A stretch of 52,247 bases of DNA, taken from Silvanigrellaceae bacterium. Its GTDB lineage: Bacteria; Bdellovibrionota_B; Oligoflexia; Silvanigrellales; Silvanigrellaceae. Of this stretch, positions 46,002 to 52,247 are shown piece after piece (position 1 is the first letter of the stretch; each line of letters starts with the position of its first letter). The position numbers and the translations under genes were made by a program. The notes below the pieces were generated by a model. The model made no database searches and was not told where the DNA came from. It was given only the letters and a program-made list of their open reading frames with translations. Location: assembly GCA_049423385.1 (NCBI GenBank), contig JBMSQQ010000009.1, forward strand, positions 1 through 52,247. Direction: 5' to 3'.

Positions 46002-46837
46002 TGCACCCAACTCATTTCTGTTTTGGGTTCCTTGAGATCGGTTTGCCCAGCGGTGTAAAGCAAATAGACAATTGTGCTGAGGTTCAATGAAGCCCGTTCC
46101 GGTAACTGGGATCCTGAGCTTTCTTCGCGCAGCTGCTTGCGAAGAGGATCATCGGGCGTGTAAACAGACAGGTCGATCTTGACCATCTTTGGCATTTTCC
46201 GACCGTAATCACTGCGCTCTGTATTCCAGTCGAGAATAAAATCCTGACCATTCCAGGCTGAAATTTTGATTTCCTTGAGGTCAGTGACGAGAACCTGCGA
46301 GACCCCATCGACAATCGCGTCATCCGAAATCTTTCGCACACTGGGATCAACAATTCTGACCAACTGCTTGGTCTGTGAAATCGAATCGGTTTGCCCGCGG
46401 CAGACACCAGCGGGAGCGGAATTGTCTGGACACACGATGTATTGCACATATGCGATATTGGATTCAGGACGATTTGCAATCAAAGATTGGTGCGATTGAA
46501 TCATGAAAAGCAATCTGGGAGTTTGGTTCAAAACAAACATGGGCCGACCAATCAAATCACTGTTTGATCTCGCTGCCTGCTCATCATTCCCCGTGGCAAA
46601 GAATGCGTGCCTCAGGTCATCCGACAATCGCATCATTGCAGAGTGCGCTGAATGAACGACACCATTGGATTGTTGCAGGCGATTCCGTGTTTCGATCTGG
46701 TTTGACATGGCACTGACTGCATACAAAGAAAGCGATGCAATGATTCCAACCGATATGACAATTTCGATCAGGGTGAAACCCGATTCAGGGTTGCTTCTGG
46801 GTTGAAACTTTCGGGTCAGCCATTTCTTGAATTTCAT
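45998..46837 (-). CDS. gspJ: Type II secretion minor pseudopilin GspJ
   Basis: G|FTLIEI; DDLRHAF; W...MPKMVKI; position between gspI and gspK. Confidence 0.8.
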   Translation of the reverse strand: MKFKKWLTRKFQPRSNPESGFTLIEIVISVGIIASLSLYAVSAMSNQIETRNRLQQSNGVVHSAHSAMMRLSDDLRHAFFATGNDEQAARSNSDLIGRPMFVLNQTPRLLFMIQSHQSLIANRPESNIAYVQYIVCPDNSAPAGVCRGQTDSISQTKQLVRIVDPSVRKISDDAIVDGVSQVLVTDLKEIKISAWNGQDFILDWNTERSDYGRKMPKMVKIDLSVYTPDDPLRKQLREESSGSQLPERASLNLSTIVYLLYTAGQTDLKEPKTEMSWVQ

Positions 46838-47427
46838 TTTGTCAGCCCCGGAATTCCTATGTGCACCGATTTGCGATCAATCAAAAGCATGCCCAAATCC
46901 ATCGACCGTTGTTGCTGGCCATCATTCCAAAACGCGGTGAATGTGACGGCCCTGTAGATGTCATCGGGAAGCTGGGAATCGAGCATTTCGCCAAATTGCT
47001 TGAATTTCTCTCCTCCCTCGCTGTCATCTGCACCACCGACAAGTCCCTGCCCGAGGCGAATACTTGCCATCAGGAACTTCGATGCCTTGATCGGAGTCTG
47101 CCTGTTTTTGTATTCAAATCGGAAAACTTCTTCGTCATCACCGCTGAGTTTTACAGGATTCGGTCCAGACGTCTCGGGAGGAAGCCCTTTCACACCCTTC
47201 ACGTCCGAGATGTATTCGACCTGTGCAGTGAGTGCCCTCAATGCCCAGGTTGCCTGGATGTTTGCAGCCGTGCTTTTGGCAACTGCAAGTGAACTGGCTT
47301 GCACACCCACGATCTGCGAAAAGACCGTCACCAGAATGCCAATTGCAAGAAGTGATTCAAGCAGAGTGAATCCGGCATTACGTTTTCCCTTAGCGGTCAC
47401 GAATGAAATCCGCTTCCTGAAGTCCAT
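46834..47427 (-). CDS. gspI: Type II secretion minor pseudopilin GspI
   Basis: G|FTLLES prepilin motif; position; start placed at ATG 47427 to limit overlap. Confidence 0.72.
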   Translation of the reverse strand: MDFRKRISFVTAKGKRNAGFTLLESLLAIGILVTVFSQIVGVQASSLAVAKSTAANIQATWALRALTAQVEYISDVKGVKGLPPETSGPNPVKLSGDDEEVFRFEYKNRQTPIKASKFLMASIRLGQGLVGGADDSEGGEKFKQFGEMLDSQLPDDIYRAVTFTAFWNDGQQQRSMDLGMLLIDRKSVHIGIPGLTK

Positions 47428-48190
47428 CGAGAATCGAACATTGTCCGGTGAGCGCATCCAGCGAAAGAGTGTTTTTAGGCGCTTTGTCATCTATGCCGCC
47501 CCCCTCCTCTGCTTGCGTGGCAATCTGAATCTGAGCACGGATCGCCTCGCCCCATGGGAAAAAATAAACGTATGCCAGTTCGCCTTCACGCAAATCCGCC
47601 TGGCTCAGCGCTCTTGGCATACCCTCTGTTGCAATACTCCAGAATACTAAACCCGTGGGCAGTCGTCTGCGTGTCAGAATCGCATCTTCCACTTCTTCCC
47701 ACTTCTTTTCTTTCAGCACATTTCTCTGCACGGCGAGAATGGACCTGACGCTGTAGGACCTTTCAGAATTTCCACCGCCTGCTTTGCGAACATCAGCAAA
47801 AAGCTTGTCCAAATCCTCAACCAGGCGGATCTTGTAATCGTCCTGGCGCCTCTCGCTCGCGGATTTGTCGGCATTTTGCACGGAAGGACGCCCACTGAAA
47901 TTGGGAGGAGCAGCCTCGACCCAATACTCACCGGATCGCAATGAAAATACGACTCGATTCATTCGACCGCTCAACACCGAATTGTCATAGGTTGAGCGCA
48001 GCGTGCCGGCAATTTCACGCATGGACATTGACATACGGGAACCGACTGTCAGGCCGATATTGGGCAGAATCACCGATGCAATCGAACCCATGATGGCCAT
48101 GACCAGAATAATCTCGAGCAGAGTGAACCCCGCCTGTTGAACCTGGCGGGGTTCTCGTGACCCGGGGCGAGCCGAATAGTCAGTGAACAC
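47390..48190 (-). CDS. gspH: Type II secretion minor pseudopilin GspH
   Basis: G|FTLLEIILV; YFFPWG; follows gspG; GTG 48190 with GGGAG RBS. Confidence 0.75.
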   Translation of the reverse strand: MFTDYSARPGSREPRQVQQAGFTLLEIILVMAIMGSIASVILPNIGLTVGSRMSMSMREIAGTLRSTYDNSVLSGRMNRVVFSLRSGEYWVEAAPPNFSGRPSVQNADKSASERRQDDYKIRLVEDLDKLFADVRKAGGGNSERSYSVRSILAVQRNVLKEKKWEEVEDAILTRRRLPTGLVFWSIATEGMPRALSQADLREGELAYVYFFPWGEAIRAQIQIATQAEEGGGIDDKAPKNTLSLDALTGQCSILDGLQEADFIRDR

Positions 48191-48233
48191 GGCAGTTCTC
48201 CCCAAATTTCCAGCTGTGCCAAACGACCGTAGC

Positions 48234-48758
48234 TTATTGAGCAGGTGCTTGTCCGCCGCCAGCATTTGCTCCGCCTGTGGCCGCCGCAGCATCGGTTTCG
48301 CGACCGTTGACAAAAGTCAGGTCGTCCTCTGTTCCGGATTGCGAGTCAGGTCCCCATGAAACCATTTTTGAACCCTTGGCTGTGAGCTCGTATTCGAACT
48401 TGTTTCCCCAAGCATCCTTGATGTCATCTTCAGCACCGATATACGGGCCAGACCACTTTGCTCCGGCGCCCGGATTGTTCAGCAACGCCTCGAGTCCTTC
48501 AGCAGTTGAAGGGAAGCGGCCAATCTCGGCCTGGTACTTGAGAAGAGAAGCCTGAACGTTGTTGACCTTGACTGCAGTTTCCTTCTTCTTGGCTTGTGTA
48601 CCACCACTTCCAAGACCACCAATCAAAACAGCCATCAGGGTGCCGAGAATACCCAACACAATGATGATTTCGAGGAGCGTGAATCCCGCCTGGGATGAAC
48701 GCAACTCTGCAAATTGAACTTCCTTGCGTGTGAACCGAAAACTGAGCTTACTGAACAT
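48234..48758 (-). CDS. gspG: Type II secretion major pseudopilin GspG
   Basis: G|FTLLEI, FPSTAEGLEAL, WSGPY, DAWG, SWGPD..GTEDD. Confidence 0.93.
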   Translation of the reverse strand: MFSKLSFRFTRKEVQFAELRSSQAGFTLLEIIIVLGILGTLMAVLIGGLGSGGTQAKKKETAVKVNNVQASLLKYQAEIGRFPSTAEGLEALLNNPGAGAKWSGPYIGAEDDIKDAWGNKFEYELTAKGSKMVSWGPDSQSGTEDDLTFVNGRETDAAAATGGANAGGGQAPAQ

Positions 48759-48784
48759 GAGAACTCTCCCTACTTAAGCGTTTT

Positions 48785-50017
48785 TCACTTCAAACTGTTC
48801 ATCGCCTGCATCATCGGTCCCAAGACCGACATCACCATCAGCATTACAATGCCTGCAATCATGATTGTCATCAACGGATTGATCAACTTGGTCGTGGCCT
48901 CAATCTTGTAGTCGACCTCATCATCATAGGCTTCAGCGATGTTGACAAGCATCTCTTCCAGCTTTCCGGTTTTTTCACCTGTCCGCAACATGTGAACGAC
49001 CATCACCGGAAAGCGGTTTGTCTTTTCAATTGCAGCAGCCAGCTTTTCGCCATCCTGGACGCGTTTAATGGATTCATCGATCGCATCCTCGAGCACCGCG
49101 TTGTCGACAACGTTGCGTGTCAGCTGCAGTCCCTCGACGATTCGAACACCAGAAGAAAGAACAGTCGAGAGTGTTTTGGAGAATCGCGACACTGCCACGC
49201 GCTGAACGAGTGGCCCAAATATGGGCATGTTGTAGGTAAACATGTCGAATTGCCGACGGCCGGATTTGGTTGCTTTCCAACGCAAAAAACCTACAACAGC
49301 TGCGACCATTGCCAAAACCACCAGCCACCATCTGTCCTGCAGCCAGGCAGAGATATTATTGAGCAACACGGAATACCACGGGAGAGTCACCTTCAGCGAT
49401 GAAAACGCCTTGGTGATCTTGGGCAACACATTCACAAAAAGGAAAAGTGTCACACCAATGGCCACAACCACCATAATCGCTGGAGTGATCAATGCTCCAA
49501 CAACCTTGCGCTTGATCGCGATTTGCCAGGCCGTAAACTCAGCAAGTCGGCGCAAAACGATAGGCAACGCGCCAGCCTTTTCGGCAGCTGCAATCATATT
49601 GACGTAAACATTAGGAAAAATATCGGGGAACTCCTTGTGCGCATCCGACAAGGAACGCCCTTCCGAGACCGACTCTCTGATCTTGGAGTAGACGACCCGG
49701 AGTTTGGGATTCTCAACCTGTTCCGAGATCGAGCGCAAGGCTTCCGAAACGTCGACGGCCGCCCGCGTCAGAATTGCAAATTGCTTGGTCGCCAGTGCGA
49801 GATCTTCTGCCGTCACCTTTTTTTCATTGAGCCGCTCAAGGAAGCTCTGATTCCCCGAGGCAGATGTTGCCCCAGAAGCCTGCGGTCGAATGTCAATGAC
49901 AAGAATGTTCTGACGGCGCAACTTGAGCTTGGCATCCTTCAACGAGTCGGCATCGACGGTTGCCTTCACCCTTTTGCCGGTCTGGGCATTTTGACCCGAA
50001 TATAAAAACACTGGCAT
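48785..50017 (-). CDS. gspF: Type II secretion inner-membrane platform protein GspF
   Basis: Two GspF repeats, GRSLSDA, AEKAGAL, GEKTGKLEEML. Confidence 0.93.
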   Translation of the reverse strand: MPVFLYSGQNAQTGKRVKATVDADSLKDAKLKLRRQNILVIDIRPQASGATSASGNQSFLERLNEKKVTAEDLALATKQFAILTRAAVDVSEALRSISEQVENPKLRVVYSKIRESVSEGRSLSDAHKEFPDIFPNVYVNMIAAAEKAGALPIVLRRLAEFTAWQIAIKRKVVGALITPAIMVVVAIGVTLFLFVNVLPKITKAFSSLKVTLPWYSVLLNNISAWLQDRWWLVVLAMVAAVVGFLRWKATKSGRRQFDMFTYNMPIFGPLVQRVAVSRFSKTLSTVLSSGVRIVEGLQLTRNVVDNAVLEDAIDESIKRVQDGEKLAAAIEKTNRFPVMVVHMLRTGEKTGKLEEMLVNIAEAYDDEVDYKIEATTKLINPLMTIMIAGIVMLMVMSVLGPMMQAMNSLK

Positions 50018-50055
50018 GACAGATCCCTCAGTTCATCAAGTGATTCGGTCGCCGG

Positions 50056-51876
50056 TTATTCATCAACCTGGGTCTTGTGCAAGGCTTCATCGAGCGTCGT
50101 TTCACCGTTCAAAAAACGCTCTGCAGCTGAATCGCGGAGCGTCGTCATACCGCGCGTCATCGCGATTTTTCTCAATGCAGCACCATCAACACTCTTGACA
50201 ATCTGTTGACGAATGGGGTCATCGAAAACAAGTAGTTCGTAGATGCCTGCGCGACCAGAGTAGCCGAGGTTTTTACATGCAGAACAACCATTGGGTCGGG
50301 CCTTGTATAGTTTCTTTCCGACCGCCCGCTCAGGAGTGAGGCCAAGAAGAGCAAGCTCTTCCGGAGTGTGATTCGTCAATTCACGGCATGTCAAACACAC
50401 CCGCTTCATCAGACGAACAGCCAACACACCGAGAACCGTTGTCGTAATCTGGAAGGGTTCAACTCCAAGGTCTGCCAGACGCGTCACGCTCGAGGCAGTG
50501 TCATTGGTGTGCAGGGTGCTCAAAACAAGGTGGCCTGTCATAGCGGCTTGAACCGCGATTTGTGCAGTTTCAGAGTCACGAATTTCGCCGATGAGAACCA
50601 CGTCCGGGTCCTGGCGCAGAATCGAGCGCAAACCTGCTGCAAAGGTCAGTCCGGCCTTTTCGTTGACTTCAACTTGCCCCACCCCGGGAAGGGCAACTTC
50701 AACCGGATCCTCAACGGTGATGATATTGACGTCGGGTTTGTTGATGTGCATCAGGGAGGATGCAAGGGTCGATGTTTTACCGGAACCCGTAGGACCCGTC
50801 ACAAGCACAATTCCATGCTTCGAATGAATTAGTGATTCAAATCCCTTGAATATACGCTCGGGCATTCCCATGGTCGCCAGCTCGCGCACACCCGAACTCT
50901 TGTCGAGGATACGCATCACAATCCGCTCGCCAAACTTGGTGGGGAGCGCACTCACACGTACATCGCAGTCTCGACCACCCACTCGCAGCGAAATTCGTCC
51001 ATCCTGTGGAATTCGGCTTTCAGCAATGTTCAATTTGCCAAGAATCTTGATGCGTGTTGTGACGTTTGCCTGGTACTTTTTCGGAATGGTTCTCACTTCC
51101 CGCAAACTGCCATCCACGCGCAACCTGACCGAGACCCGATCCTCAAATGGTTCAATGTGGATATCGGATGCTTTTTCACTGATCGCGCGACGAATGATCG
51201 TACTGACCTCGCGGCGGACCGGTGCATCTTCGGTATCATGCAAAAGGTCTGTCGCTTCCTCGAGTCCCGCCAAATCATCCGTGTCGTCGTTGGCAAGTCC
51301 CTGATTCGCTTCGCGGGACATGTCCTGCCGTTCGAACACGCTGTTGATGGCGGCTTCGATCGTGACTTTTGGACAAACCACCCTGAAGATTGCGCTGCCA
51401 AGAATCAAGCGGAGGTCGTCGACCGCAGAAACATTCAGCGGATCGTTTACAGCCACCGTCACACCCGTCGCATCGCGGGAAATTGGAACAACAAGGTTCT
51501 GGGAACAAAAACCAATGCTCAAATCCCTGACCAACTCTGCATCGATGTCATTGATGGGAAGCGTGTCGAGATAAGGCAATTCCAGCTGTATCGCCAGGCC
51601 TTGAAGAATGTCATTTTGTTCGACAAGCTCTGATTCAAGAAGAATGGAGCCAACCTTTTGCTGCCCGCCACGCAATTGCTGAATCTTGAGCGCCTCACGC
51701 AATTGGTCGTCGGTGATCTTCTTTCTGTCGACAAGAATCTCGCCGAGGGTTTTTCTACCAAAGCGTTGCGGAGACGCCTGCGTCGACTGACCAGGTCCAA
51801 CCTCTCCTGGGGAGGCTGGCTTCTGTGCTTTGTCCAGAGCTGAAAAAATATGTTCAGCGTCGTGCAATTTTTCCAT
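50056..51876 (-). CDS. gspE: Type II secretion ATPase GspE
   Basis: ASDIHIEP, PQDGR, GPTGSGKT, LRQDPDV.LIGEIRD, LSTLHTN, CxxC...CxxC zinc motif. Confidence 0.95.
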   Translation of the reverse strand: MEKLHDAEHIFSALDKAQKPASPGEVGPGQSTQASPQRFGRKTLGEILVDRKKITDDQLREALKIQQLRGGQQKVGSILLESELVEQNDILQGLAIQLELPYLDTLPINDIDAELVRDLSIGFCSQNLVVPISRDATGVTVAVNDPLNVSAVDDLRLILGSAIFRVVCPKVTIEAAINSVFERQDMSREANQGLANDDTDDLAGLEEATDLLHDTEDAPVRREVSTIIRRAISEKASDIHIEPFEDRVSVRLRVDGSLREVRTIPKKYQANVTTRIKILGKLNIAESRIPQDGRISLRVGGRDCDVRVSALPTKFGERIVMRILDKSSGVRELATMGMPERIFKGFESLIHSKHGIVLVTGPTGSGKTSTLASSLMHINKPDVNIITVEDPVEVALPGVGQVEVNEKAGLTFAAGLRSILRQDPDVVLIGEIRDSETAQIAVQAAMTGHLVLSTLHTNDTASSVTRLADLGVEPFQITTTVLGVLAVRLMKRVCLTCRELTNHTPEELALLGLTPERAVGKKLYKARPNGCSACKNLGYSGRAGIYELLVFDDPIRQQIVKSVDGAALRKIAMTRGMTTLRDSAAERFLNGETTLDEALHKTQVDE

Positions 51877-51887
51877 TTCTTGTCCCC

Positions 51888-52247
51888 TTATTCACCGGAG
51901 GGCGCTGGAGGAGGAGGTGGTGGTGCTCCACCACCATCTCCACCGCCCGAGATCACACCGCCACCACCACCACCACCAGATTCGCCCGGCACGATGATGG
52001 GATTGGAATCTCCACTGGGAAGACCCTGTTTCACAGGAGCTTTGTCGGACTTTTCATCGAGCATTGTGGGAGCTGCTGCAGGAGACTGTGATGAAGGAGG
52101 CGCAGCCGGAGCAGACGCAGGCGCTGTTTCCACGGACGGCTGATTGAACGATGTCTTCGCGGGAGCCTTGCCTTCATCCAGTGTCCTGAGCCGCTTGAAT
52201 ACCTCACGCTTCTTGCAGTCGCTGCCGTAAAAAGCCTTTACAAACTC
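51888..52247 (-). CDS. C-terminal fragment of the upstream T2SS gene, probably secretin GspD (truncated by window edge)
   Basis: Frame open from the window end (EFVKAFYGSD...) to a stop 11 nt before gspE; Pro/Gly-rich tail; identity inferred from gene order only. Confidence 0.55.
   Translation of the reverse strand, partial: EFVKAFYGSDCKKREVFKRLRTLDEGKAPAKTSFNQPSVETAPASAPAAPPSSQSPAAAPTMLDEKSDKAPVKQGLPSGDSNPIIVPGESGGGGGGGVISGGGDGGGAPPPPPPAPSGE

Overview
A gene-dense bacterial chromosomal segment of about 50% GC (visual estimate). I found no integrase, transposase, prophage or CRISPR array. Gene content (myxobacteria/Bdellovibrio-style T2SS, many orphan lipoproteins, PSD-type cytochrome c, CTERM-tagged surface protein) suggests a Bdellovibrionota/Oligoflexia-like organism; this is inference. 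Housekeeping genes include tig, argS, ispA, an M17 aminopeptidase, secA, comM, a ubiB-like kinase, hinT, ubiE, tRNA-Val(GAC), a ThiXYZ-like ABC transporter and the 3' part of a T2SS operon (gspD tail, E, F, G, H, I, J, K). The most interesting accessory parts are: (1) a coupled pair encoding a secreted VWA/MIDAS protein with a MYXO-CTERM-like sorting tail and a beta-barrel+OmpA protein, a traAB-like architecture; (2) a three-gene operon (di-haem PSD-like cytochrome c lipoprotein, Cys-rich lipoprotein, Tat-exported DUF1501/1552-like protein) behind a sigma28-like promoter; (3) a cysteine desulfurase-rhodanese fusion overlapping an MnmC-type methyltransferase; (4) a lipoprotein of the oomycete GP42/Pep-13 transglutaminase family; (5) a stand-alone HisKA-like protein and a candidate sRNA; (6) a LysM protein with an Asn/Gly low-complexity repeat. 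All calls come from motifs recognised by eye; no searches were run.
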